From Octopus vulgaris (Eukaryota): a stretch of DNA of 64,000 nt. A model generated the notes under the pieces. That model was not told the origin of the DNA. It saw nothing but the letters and a program-made list of their open reading frames with translations, and did no database searches. The stretch is taken from NCBI GenBank assembly GCA_951406725.2, contig OX597835.1:1984001-2048000 (forward strand), written 5' to 3'. Made by a program: the position numbers and the translations under genes. Shown one piece after another: positions 40,486 to 53,548 of the stretch (its first letter is position 1; each line of letters opens with the position of its first letter).

Positions 40486-40533
<48 letters not shown>

Positions 40534-40810
40534 TGTTATAATTATGAGTATAATTATAATTAGGGTTCAACAAAAAATTTGCTTCATCACATACTGAAAT
40601 TTAGAAATAGCAACCAAAACTAGCTATTTCTAAATTTTGGTATGTGGTGGAGCAAATTTTTGCTGAACCCTAATTATGATTATACTCATAATTATAACAA
40701 TTTTTGTTTAAGTTTACTGATAATGGTTCTTTTAACATGCCGAACTACTTGGTAAAATTAATGATTATTAATTAATTAATTTTACCCTTTATTATTATTG
40801 ATTTTATATA
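39900..40810. repeat. Two direct copies (~230 bp) of a palindrome-containing element
   Basis: 39902-40125 matches 40582-40805. The second copy forms an ~82-bp-arm palindrome (40530-40703) with an 11-nt loop. Confidence 0.85.
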
Positions 40811-41255
40811 TATATATATCATCATCATCATCATCATCATTTAGCGTCCGTTTTCCATGCTAGCATGGGTTGGACGGTTCTGCTGGGGTCTGTGAAGCCA
40901 GAAGGCTTCATCAGGCCCAGTCAAATCTGGCAGTGTTTCTACGGCTGGATGCCCTTCCTAACGCCAACCACTCCGTGAGTGTAGTGGGTGCTTTTTACGT
41001 GCCACCCGCACTGGTGCCAGCCAGAGCTGGCAAACGGCCACGAACGGATGGTGTTTTTTATGTGCCACCGGCACGAGGGCCAGGCGAGGCTGGCAACGAA
41101 CACGAAACGGGGCGGTGCTGGCAACGGTCGCGAAACGGAAGGTTCTCTTACATGCCACCGGCACTGGTAACACATCTGCAATTTCCATTGATCGATTTCC
41201 ATTGATCGATTTCGATTCTGATCCTCACTTATATATATATACTTTTTTATAAAAG

Positions 41256-41287
<32 letters not shown>

Positions 41288-41378
41288 CTTTTTATATAAG
41301 TATATATACATACATATATATATATATATATACATTTTATATAAGTATATATATATATATATATACAATTTATATAAG

Positions 41379-41413
<35 letters not shown>

Positions 41414-41744
41414 GTATATATGTATATATATGTATATATATATATGCGTATAGATATATGTATGTATATTTTATGTATAAATACATGTAAGCATGTATGT
41501 ATGTGTATAAATATATGTACAGGTATATAGATGTATAAGTATATCTATATATATATATATAGATAGGTTTATATGTTTATATATGTATATATATAAAAAA
41601 TATATATATAGATACATATATTTATGTATATATATATATATATGTATGTATGTATATATATATATATATCTGTACATATATATGTATGTATATGTATATT
41701 TATAGATGTATATTTTTATACATATATATAGATTTATATATAGA

Positions 41745-41776
<32 letters not shown>

Positions 41777-41862
41777 ATGTGTGTGTGTATATATATATAC
41801 ATGTATGTATATATACATGTGTGTGTGTATATATATATACATATATATATATATACATGCAT

Positions 41863-41896
<34 letters not shown>

Positions 41897-41943
41897 ATAT
41901 ATACATGTACATATATATATATATACATGTATATATATATACA

Positions 41944-41985
<42 letters not shown>

Positions 41986-42064
41986 TAGATAGATAGATAC
42001 ACTGCTGGCCTGAAACTGCTTTAAAATGCGGAGAGGGAAAAGCCTCATTTGTGAGGGTAAAACC

Positions 42065-43960
42065 CTAGGTGATTATCTCTTTTTGCCATTGTCCATTGAT
42101 CTTTGGCCATGCTGTCATCTTGTAGTCACCAAAGCACCATGAAGGTAAACAATTCTCTCCCTTCAGCCTTGGCCATTGGTTTCCGGCTGTGGTGCCACAA
42201 TGCGGATTCCAAAAGGTCAGTAGGAAGTTTCTAGAATGCAGGAATGGTCTGAAAATCTCTGTTCTGGAGTTCAGGATGCCCCCTGGCATGAATGCATCTT
42301 TACGGATCCTTGTGCATTTGGCAATGTATAACTTGTTTATGTAAGGGCCTGGGTTCTCAAGTATTTTCCATGTGATCCTGTATGGAACCTCCTCATCCTG
42401 TAATTGCCAGACATGGCTGGCCAGCGATGTCCCGTAGCTCCTTTCTGGGACTCTGAAGGAGGACAGATGTTTGGAAATACACTGTTTGAAAGAGTCCCCC
42501 CCCCAGTGCACCCCATGTACTTCTGTAGGTGCATGATGTTGTTGCACCTGTTGCTGCTGCCAGTGGTGTTGTCGCTGCTGCTGTTGGTGTTGGTGCTGGT
42601 ACCCTTGTTGGCATCGCTAGGGGTGATGTTGGTGCTGGTCACATTCTTGACCCTGCCTGTGGTGCAGTTGTTGTTGTTGTTGATGTCACTGCCACTAGTG
42701 TTGGTGTTGTTGTTGATGGAGTCAGAACTGCGAACTGCTGCTGCTGCTGGTGATGGTGGAGGATGTGGTGGTGGTGGTGGTGCTACTGCCTCTGTCGGTT
42801 CTGCTGCTGTTGCTGTTATAGCAAGTGATGGAACCGGATATGTTGCCTCTGCTACTACTTGAATAGTGGCCAATTGGTCTGAAACTGTGGACATCAGGCA
42901 AGCCATTGGTAAGGCTGGTGGTGGTGTTGGTGATGTTACTGCTGTTGTCTCCTCCTCCTCCTCCTCCTTCTTCTTCTTCTTCTTCTGATCAGGACTCACG
43001 CCATTAGCCACAAAGAATAATCTCTAATTCAAGCCGTACTCTAAGCTACTAAGAATGCGTGTGGCAACTTGAAGATCCATGCACCACACGTGATAGACTG
43101 GCAGTTGCACATGCGCGAAAGCTACGTTGTCATCCTCATTCCATAAACGGTGGCTTTTAACGGGTGGAGAGCTGCACCATCCTGGGGTAGAGAGGATTCG
43201 CAATCTAGACTAGGGTCTGAAAGTTTACCACACCATAGTGGGTTACACCATGGTTCCTCTGCTTTGTGGCTGAAGTAGGAAGAAAGAGTGAGAGAAAGTT
43301 GTTATGAAAGAGTACAGCGGGGTTCATGCCCCCCACCCACCCGCGGCCAGAGCCTCGTGGAGCTTGGGTGTTTTTGCTCAATAAACACTCACAATGCCTG
43401 ATCTGGGAATTGAAACCGCGTTCTTCCAACTGCAAGTCCGTTGCCCTAACCACTGAGCCATTGCATCTCCACTGCTGCTGTTGTTGTTAGCAATGCTGTC
43501 GTTGATTGTGGCAGTGGCTGTGTCACTGGAACTGGACCCGTTGTTTCTGCCACCATTACTATAGTGGCCAACAGGCCTGACATCAGGGAAGCTATTTGTG
43601 AGGCTGGTGATGGTGGTGATGTTGCTGCTGTTGTTGTTAGTGATACTGCCATCCATGGTGTCAGTGGTGGTGATGGTGGCTGTTACTGGCTTTGTTCTCA
43701 TCTCCATGGCTGTCATTGTTTCTGCTGGTGTTAAGGGCATGCCATGTTAGAAACTCAGCTTGATATACGACCCCTTTGGTTTCACAGCAGCCTCCTATTG
43801 GGCAATTGCTTTGGATCCTGCATGAACAACCCGCCTCTTTCTGTATCCTAGGGGTGCTAACCAGGATGCTCTTAATGTTGGGGGTGCAGCTAAATGAGAC
43901 CCTAACATTGTGTCTGTTGAATATGGGAACATACTTATGGGAGCGTAATAGAGCAAGAGA
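42065..43960 (-). mobile_element. Decayed Penelope-like element (Neptune-like) GIY-YIG endonuclease region
   Basis: IFNRHNVRVSFSCTPNIKSIL...CSCRIQSNCPIGGCCETKGVVYQA (43960-43755), then KYMGCTGG / SFKQCISKHLSSFR...TSLASHVWQLQDEEVPYRITWKILE...ILNSRTEIFRPFLHSRNFLL (42525-42215). The frame shifts at a poly-G run. Confidence 0.85.
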
Positions 43961-44928
43961 CATTGGCGCGTAATAGAGTGAGAGACAAACTGCGCCAATA
44001 CCAACCAATCAGAATAGCGCCGAAGGCTAGCTGTTATCTGATACGTCCATATTTATGTTATATATATCAGAGAGAGAGAGAAAGAATTTCACTAAGCGTA
44101 CGTTACAAAGTGTTCTATCAACATCGGAACCAAAAAGCTTGAAGCCACTAGGAGAGAAAAGTAAGAAATTAAACGACAGGAGAGAAAGGCACCTTTTCCT
44201 CCACCAACATTACCATGTAGTCAATGCCAGCGACTCTTCTACGCAAGAATTGATCTACAAAGTCATCAACGCTATCACCATGAAGGAAGCATAAATTCTT
44301 GAAAATGAGATAAAGCAGCCGCCGACGACTAAACGCCATTCCCTTTGCTGGCTTTCAGGGAAAGTATTTCAATTTGGGGGTAGCTGAGAAAGAGCTTTTA
44401 GTATTTTCCCCTCCCCTAATTGTAGAGCATATTCTCTCCTTCCTGTTATATGTGACTTGAGAACATCAGGTGAAAACAAATAAAAGTTAGTGTGGAACAT
44501 ATCGTTCATGACCCATTGGCTCGTTAATAGAAAGGGGATGGAACCGAAGGGAGGGCAACAAGATCGCTTTCTACCGAAACGATTTGCGATGATGATTATT
44601 TTATTAAGTAAGACATATAACTGATTATCAACAATGAGGAACTGAGAGGAGGCAAAAGTGGAGCCGTTCTGTTGTGCTGATGGTGGTGAAGAGCTTCTTA
44701 TCTCTGTCAGCTCCATAAAATAAGGACGGATAATGTCATGGAGGTAGAACCGTTGGGCTAGATTCTTCCTAAACAAATTTATGGCAAAAGCTGCCAAAGT
44801 CGGAAATCATTGTTAATCTGGCATTCTTTGGGTTCAGACGAAAGAAAACCGTTAATCTATATTATCAGCAATAAAGAAGATAGAAGAAAGTGGAAATATA
44901 AAGGAACTGGTGAAAAAGAGAAAGAGAG

Positions 44929-44979
<51 letters not shown>

Positions 44980-45310
44980 ATGAGAGATAGATAGATAGAT
45001 AAATAGATAGATAGAGAGAGAGAGAGAGAGAATGAGAGATATAGGGAGGAAGAAACAGAATGAAAGAGATTTAAAAAATTCGTAGAATAGGAATCGCTTC
45101 TTGATTGTACTGTGAGGAATGAAAACGAAGAAAATAAAGGAAAGAGATAGACTGAAGAGAGAGAGAGATAAAAATTAAGGATAGAATAATACACACACAC
45201 ACACACTTGCACATACTCACACACAAACACACGTTTGCATGTATGCGCGTGTGTGTGTGTGTGCGTGTTCATACACATGTTAGTGTAAGCATGTGTTGGC
45301 GTGTTGCAGT

Positions 45311-45473
45311 CGACCAATCAGAATCGACGTTACAACGCTCGTCAGGTTATTCATTTCAAAGATGTCGGGAATGCTCGATTGAAGTTGGCAGACAATGTTT
45401 ACATTTCTCCTCTCCTCATGTTGCTCTCCTCCACCCGTCTCAACCTGACTCACTTGCACTGACCAAGGTAAGC
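45311..45473 (+). promoter_or_regulatory. Candidate promoter and 5'-UTR first exon of a downstream gene
   Basis: NF-Y-type GACCAATCAG (CCAAT 45314-45318) in CpG-rich sequence; strong donor AAG|GTAAGC at 45468; every ATG in the exon closes before the donor. Confidence 0.45.
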
Positions 45474-46032
45474 CAACTCGCTTTACCTTTGAATTATTTG
45501 TCTTTTTCTTCAAAACACGTCCTTAATTCACCCCGAAACCGTCGTCTTTCACAGAATTTTGCGTCGCAATCCACCGAAGATGGAAACCCGAGTCCGAGGG
45601 GGACGAGGGTTTCTCGCACAAAAAGCAGCTCCTCCCTACATTTCGGGAGGTGGCAGCTCGCTTCAAATGACTGCTGCTTTAATTCTGTAGAAATCTTTAC
45701 TTTGTAGAAATCCTGAAAGAGGAGTCATGTCCCTCTCAACGGCATTTATAGATTCAGGACGGAAAAAGCACCTCTGTGGGAAATTATGTGAAATAATGGG
45801 AAATAATGCCGCAAAGCATTTTCTTGTCCTTCGTTTGATCAGTTCTGATAATAATAATAATTGTTATTATTATTTCTCCCATTCCCTTTTTTGTTAAGGG
45901 AATGATAGAATTAAGAATCCTATCTTCTTCGGTCTTAAAACTTGTACCTGTTGATATTTCCGGAGTCGAAAAATTCTGAAATCGAAAGAAGAAAAAAAAC
46001 CCCGTTCCAATGCCACGACTAGGAGACGTTTC

Positions 46033-46716
<684 letters not shown>

Positions 46717-47488
46717 TTTAATTCAAAAGAGAAATTAAAAGCTGCATCTACTAATTCTTTCCACTGAAACATTTTACCTACAAATTCGGTGTGTACGAAA
46801 TTGTGATCGATCTCGGTTCATCGAGAACTTTACGACCAAGTGATTTCTTATTGAGGCCCAAAGGCTAAAAGGAGAAATATTTACAGGGATCTGTTTTTGT
46901 TTTTCTCTCCCAAAGGCAACAAAGCAACCAACCGCTGAGGATACCATTTCAAGGCAACTCTTCTACGCAAGGGTCTACTTTTAGACGAGACTCAATGGCT
47001 TAAATTTTTTTCTTTTTTCGTTCTAGAAGAAAGTTATGGATGGAATTATGTGACATTCTTGTTTGAAACATCGCACTCAGTATAAGGTTTTTCAGTAATG
47101 AATTCTGTTCGTTTAAAATCCTTCCCGGGCAGTTATCAATTTCATTTTACACATTCTCGATGTCAACAAAATAATTATCAGAAATATATTAATGTCGACT
47201 CTTTGCGATCCCTCTTCGCCTAAAAATACTGGCATTGTTCTTGTGAAAAGTACTCATTATTAGTAGAATTGTGAGTTATGTACACACACATACAACAAAT
47301 ATATATATATATATATACACATACAGAGAGAGAGAGAGAGAGGCGCATGTGTGGCTATATAGTAAGACACTTACTTCCTAAGCACATGGTTCCGGGTTCA
47401 GTCCAAGTACGTGGCACTTTGAGCAAGTGTCTTCGGATCGACCAAAGCCTTGTGAGTGGATTTGGCAGACAGAAACTGAAAGAAGCCC

Positions 47489-47535
<47 letters not shown>

Positions 47536-48023
47536 GTATGTGTGTGTTTGTTCTCCCATTACCGTTTGACAAACGGTATTGGTGTGTCTACATCCCCGTA
47601 ACTTAACGGTTCGGCAAAAAAGGTCGATGGAATAAGTACTAGGCTTTAAAAAGAATAAGCCCTAGAGTCGATTTGTTCGACTAAAACCCTTCAAGGTGGT
47701 GCTCCAGCATAACCGCAGTCAATCTACCCATCCATCCATCCCTTCATCCATCTGATGGTGAAACGTGAGACTTAGGATGTGGTAGAAAAATTAAAAGATG
47801 CGCATACAGAGTTCGCGTGTCGGCTGTTTTAGCCTGCAGTGACTTTGAATTAGAGCTTATAAGAAATCATCATCATCATCGTTTAACGTCCGTTTTCCAT
47901 GCTGGCATGGGTTGGATGGTTTGACTGAGGTCTGGAGAGCCAGGAGGCTGCACCAGGCTCCAATCTGATCTGGCAAGGTTTCTACAATTGGATGCCCTTC
48001 CTAACGCCAACCACCCCAACAGT

Positions 48024-48076
<53 letters not shown>

Positions 48077-49209
48077 GCATATAAATATATATGTATATAT
48101 AAAAAGCACCCACTACACTCACGGAGTGGTTGGCGTTAGGAAGGGCATCCAGCCGTAGAAACACTGTCATATCTGACTGGGCCTGATGAAGCCTTCCAGC
48201 TTCACAGACCCCAGTTGAACCGTCCAACCCATGCTAGCATGGAAAGCGGACGCTAAATGATGATGATGATGATATAAGCATATAAACATATATATATATG
48301 TATATATAAGCATATAAATATATGTATATATGTGCATATAAATATATATATATATGCATATAAATATATCGTGTGTCTGTATTTGAATTTCATGTCAACA
48401 GGCGTTATCTCTTATTATAAAAGGCAGATTTTTTCTGCCTCCCTTTGGGAGTTATAGAAATCTACAATATAGGATTTCTTCAATTACAATTTACCTAGCA
48501 TTTTTGAGAGTACAATGCATCGCGTCATGCCAGGTCCAGTTTTTAAAATTTAAACTCCAATTAAGCAAAATTTACAGAAAACTCACATTCTGGTGTGTGT
48601 GTCAAATGCTTTTCTTAGTCTGGTTTACACCACACGCAAACGCACACACACAGTGGGCAACGAATAAAATGAAAGTAAATAGCGACAGTGATTTGAGGAA
48701 GACTAAAGTGAAAGTATTCTGTCTATGACGCTGATAGATACATGAGTAAAATGTATGGGAAGCTAAGAGCTAAGAGTGAGTGAAAATGTTCTTGGAAGAG
48801 AGTAATTAGTAATAAAGTAAACATACACTCATACATACATACATACATACATACATACATACATACATACATACATACATACATACATACATACACACAC
48901 ATACATACATACATACATACACACACACACATACACACATACATACACACATACATACATACATATACATACATATACATACATACATACATACACACAC
49001 ACACATACACACACACACAGTATTGAAGCTTGAGAACAATCAGATACATTTGCAACACATCTGTTGAAAATATTGTTCACACACATACATATACATATAT
49101 ACATACAGACAGACAGACAGATAGACACACACACACACACACACACACATGATCCAGCATGGCCACAACCTCAAGGCTGAAACATATAAAAGAATAACAG
49201 AATATAAAT

Positions 49210-49560
49210 GTGTGCAAAGTACAAGAAATATTAATGCAGTATATGGGGATTGGACAATAAGCGTAAGGCAGTGTCAATGGTGGTTCCAGAAATCCCGAGC
49301 CATAAACTACAGCCTAGAAGACGAGCCTCATCCTGAAAGATCTGTAGAACTCGACAAGGACATCCTGAAAACCCTGGAGGAACAAAATATCATCGTAACT
49401 GTTGAGGAACTAGCAGAGAAGCTTGGATTTGGTCATTCAACCATTCATTGACACCTGTGTGCTATCGGAAAAGTCAGCAAATTGGGTCAATGGGTTCCTC
49501 ACGAACTTTCCGAGTCTAATTGCATGCAGAGAGTGAATGTATGCTTTTCTTTGCTGTCAT
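49210..49560 (+). mobile_element. Mariner transposase N-terminal fragment
   Basis: RNINAVYGDWTISVRQCQWWFQK...SLEDEPHPERS...TVEELAEKLGFGHSTIH*HL.AIGKVSKLGQWVPHEL (HTH region plus WVPHEL motif). Confidence 0.9.
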
Positions 49561-49586
49561 ATCTCACCACTACTGCGCTATGTATA

Positions 49587-50222
49587 TCTATATATATAAA
49601 ACTGTAGTTGTGTGAGTGTCTGTCCCCTTCGATTTAGATTCCTAACTACTCCCACATTTTGCGGTACAGTTTAACCAAATTCGGGTAGCTTATAGTCGTG
49701 ATTCATATCGAGCCCGTCTGAATATTAGCGCGCGTCTACGATGAGTCTAGGATTTTAAAAATAATTTAACATCATTTTTTATTCCATTTTAATGCATAAT
49801 TTTTCGTGTGTCGATGGCGGCGGAGTTGGCGTCCACGCTCACACCTGCACCTGTGGGGAAGGGAGTGTAAGGAAATCAACGTCGTAATGCGTTGTCAAGG
49901 AGACCAGTGTTCTTTTAGAACAACGACTTCATGGCTTGAAGACACCAAAACAGAAATGGCTAAGAAAGCGTCTACATGAGTCTACGATTTAAAAAAAAAA
50001 TTTACCATCGTTTTTTTCCATTTTAATGCATTTTTTCGCTATTATATAAGGGAAGTAACTCTCTAAAAATGTCTACGATGAGTCAACGATTTAAAAAAAA
50101 AATTACCATCATATTTTTTCCATTTTTTATGCATTTTTGCTATTTTTTGGCTATAACTCTCTAAAAATGCTTATATAGTTATTTCCCTTACAAACCCGAG
50201 CAACGCCGGGCGATACTGCTAG
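49587..50222 (+). mobile_element. Non-autonomous Helitron (long variant)
   Basis: A|TC 5' start (TCTATATATATAAAA), subterminal hairpin CCCGaGCaacGCCGGG (50195-50210), CTAG|T 3' end, no TSD. Confidence 0.85.
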
Positions 50223-52120
50223 TCATTACTATTTACATGTTATCTAAAATATTTTAAAATCATTATGTTGTATCAGTCTAGCTTCATCTCATGCTGGACT
50301 TGAGAGAGGAGGAGGAGAGAGAGGGACTGAGTGAATTGTTGTCATTTGAATCCTGGTTCATGAAACCTGGGGTCAGAAGTAGTCCAGCTGTGATGTTGAG
50401 GTCATTTTATACATCTCACTCCCATGACCTACAGTAGAAACGTTTTGTCCTATCTTTTGTCCCTCACTTCATTGCCAATAACCGTTCATTGCCCTGTCCC
50501 ATTTAAAACTGTCTCACAACAATTCCATTTGTCATCATCTCTACTTCCTTTGAATAAATTATCTGCTGCTGTTGTTTTTGCTTAGCCCTAGGTCAACCTT
50601 GATTTAGCAGGCCTTTGACCTAAAATCATATCAACAGTTTGTGCCTACTAAATCGATTTGCAAACCTTTGGTTGGCTTGGGGTTATAATAGAAGGCAGTT
50701 GCCCAAAGTGTCATGCAGTAAGATTGAACTTAGAGCCATCTGGTTGGGAAGCAAAGTTCTTACCTCATAGCCATACCCATGTAATTTTAATTAAAATTAA
50801 GAATGTGGCCACTGCCCTTGTTAGTGGGTCTCATTTTGAAAGTATTTTGACAGCTCCAACCATGTTTTGGTTTTATCAGGTGGCGAGCTGGCAGGATTGT
50901 TAGCACGTTGGTCGAAATGCTTAGCGGTATTTTGCCCATCGCTACGTTCTGGGTTCAACTTCCGCTGAGGTCGACTTTGCCTTTCATCCTTTCGGGGTCG
51001 ATAAATTAAGTACCAGTTACGCACTGGGGTCAATGTAATCGACTTAATACCTATGTCTGTCCTTGTTTGTCCCCTCTATGTTTAGCCCCTTGTGGGTAAT
51101 AAAGAAATAGGTATTTTGCCCATCGCTACTTCCGTCGAGGTCGACTTTGCCTTTCATCCTTTCGGGGTCGATAAATTAAGTATCAGTGAAACACTGGGGT
51201 CGGTTTAATTGATTCATCCTCTCCCCACAAATTTTTCTGGCCTTGTGCCTATAGCAGAAGGGATTATTGGAGTTTACTTCCTCAGGCCAAGTCACAAATA
51301 ATCTGCTGTTGGTAACCATGTAACCTTATGTATTTGATGTTTGGGATGATGTTGAGGAAACTAACAATGCCACTCAAGCAGTGTTTCCCATTCAATTTGC
51401 TATGTATTTTGTGTAAAATAGATTAATAGGCACAGGAGTGGCTGTCTGGTAAGTAGCTTGCTTACCAACCACATGGTTCCGGGTTCAGTCCCACTGCGTG
51501 GCACCTTGGGCATGTGTCTTCTACTATAGCCTTGGGCCGACCAAAGCCTTGTGAGTGGATTTGGTAGACAGAAGCCGAAAGAAGCCCATCGTATATGTAT
51601 ATATATGTATGTGTGTGTTTGTATGTCTCCCCAACATCGCTTGACATCCGATGCTGGTGTGTTTACGTTCCTGTAACTTAGCGGTTCGGCAAAAGAGATC
51701 GATAGAATAAGTACTAGGCTTCCAAAGAATAAGTCCTGGGGTCGATTTGCTCGACTGAAGGCTGTGCTCCAGCATGGCCGCAGTCAAATGACTGAAACAA
51801 GTAAAAGAGTAAAAGAGAGTAAGCTAATTGCACTACACATGGGAAGATTTGACTGAGGACTGTTGCTGCTGCCACCTATTGTTGCTTCTAGAGAAAGAGA
51901 AAGAGAGAGAGTGAGTTTAGTAAGAAATAGAAGAAAGGGTGAAGGGAACCATTTCGTCTTTTTCTTGTGAGTGAATGAGCAAATGAAATAATATTTCCAC
52001 ACAATCCATCTCTTATTCTTCTCTTCAGGTGTTCTAGTAGTTCTAGATGGCACCATTTCATCCTTTTTATGGGCTTTTCAGTTCATCATAACTTGAAATC
52101 ATGGAATTAGTTTGTTTGTA

Positions 52121-52385
52121 CAGTTCTATATTTAAGAGATGAGGAATTACGTACATTATTTACCTTTGACGGATATTGTCCTCATCTTGTTTGTTGTTAA
52201 CACATTTCAGCTGATATACCCTCCAGCCTTCATCAGGTGTCCTGGGGAAATTTCAAATCGGGGTTCTCATTCCTAAGGTATTTTTCGATGTTATTATTAT
52301 CATTATTCAGGTCACTGCCTGGAATCGAACTCGGAATCTTGGGGTTAGTAGCCCACGCTCTTACCCACTATGCCATATGTCTGTG
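52121..52385 (-). mobile_element. Family F single copy (tRNA head plus hammerhead motif)
   Basis: Near-identical to 11941-12182 with the same 3' end (...cttaaatatagaactg). A-box TGGCATAGTGG and B-box GAGTTCGATTCC are present. Confidence 0.8.
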
Positions 52386-52429
52386 AAAGTAAAACCATAG
52401 TGTGGGTTTAATGAAGATTAAAATATCTA

Positions 52430-52484
<55 letters not shown>

Positions 52485-52675
52485 ATATATATATATATAT
52501 CATTGGTAAATCATAAATTCGAAAAAGAAGCACACTCTAAGTTATAGAGCAGCAGAATATAAAGATAAAGATAGATATGGCCAGTCTGTGGAATTAGCCT
52601 GGGTTTCAAGCACTTAGCTTTACAGGATTTCATCAGACCCTAGGCCTATGGCCTCTCGAAGGCCACTGGCTATTA

Positions 52676-52734
52676 GGGTCTGAAGAAACGTTGTAAAGCC
52701 AAGTGCTTTATGGACGTGAAACCCAGGGTAACCT
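52676..52734 (+). ncRNA. Type-I hammerhead ribozyme motif
   Basis: GGGT-CTGAAGA-a-ACGTTGTAAAGC caagt GCTTTATGgACGT-GAAA-CCCAGGG-TA-ACCT. A decayed inverted twin lies on the minus strand (CTGATGA at 52636-52630). Confidence 0.75.
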
Positions 52735-53548
52735 CATAGACTGGCCAAATCTATTTTTATATTTTCCTATGGAATAAATTCTTTTCATTGTTACTAATTT
52801 CACATTCCTATTTAAAAATCTTTTGGATCATTGTCACCCCCAACTGTCTTACTTCCTAAATGTCCGAATAAGTTTCTCTCTTAATATTTATTTATTTTTA
52901 ATCAAGTATATACTGTCCCAAGTATTTTAGGGCCCCTTATAACATACACCATTTTCCCAGTTAATTATTTATTTATCTTATCTTGTATAATGGTCTCAAT
53001 AGCCGGTCGTTTGTTTTTTAAATTTCTACCAACCTTGGCCAATTTCACTTCAGATAACAAGTGGAATGGCTTAACCGCCTAGTAGTAAATGAATAAAAAA
53101 TTACATTTAATTGATTAGCACTTTATTATGATAAATGCTATGAATTAGTTCTGTAAATATAATTATTATAAATTATGATTAATCTGAAACCTTATTGTAT
53201 CTTCACCCCTTCTCTGACTAAAACCTATTGGCATATCCCACTGTTTTTTATTTTTTCATTATTTATCCTGTACAAAGGATTAACCCACCAAATACTATTT
53301 TCGGTTGAGTCATTTACTTAATGTCCCAAAGAGATACACAACCATTGCAACCATATTCAGCTTTTCCTTTTTCTTCTCTAGGCTCTTTTTTCTTTATTTG
53401 TTCTTCACTGATGAAGCTTCATGTTTCTTGACCTTGGAAGACTGAAAGGCAAAGATTTCAAGTTAAGACGTAGAGAAGCTGTAACTAATTAACCAAAGGC
53501 ATTTTGTCCAAGAAAGTGATTTTGCAATTCCCACAATAATAATAATAA

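Noticed and set aside
42337-43011. 224-aa mucin-like or proline-rich host protein
   Set aside because: It is low-complexity sequence embedded between the halves of a Penelope endonuclease and has no gene signals.
44055-44800. ORFs of 79 and 142 aa in CpG-rich sequence
   Set aside because: No recognisable domain or consistent splice signals; possibly an old element or regulatory DNA.
48181-48200. CTGATGA occurrences at 48184, 55728, 56690 and 5481
   Set aside because: No stem II-GAAA-NUH arrangement follows; they are chance matches, mostly within other repeats.
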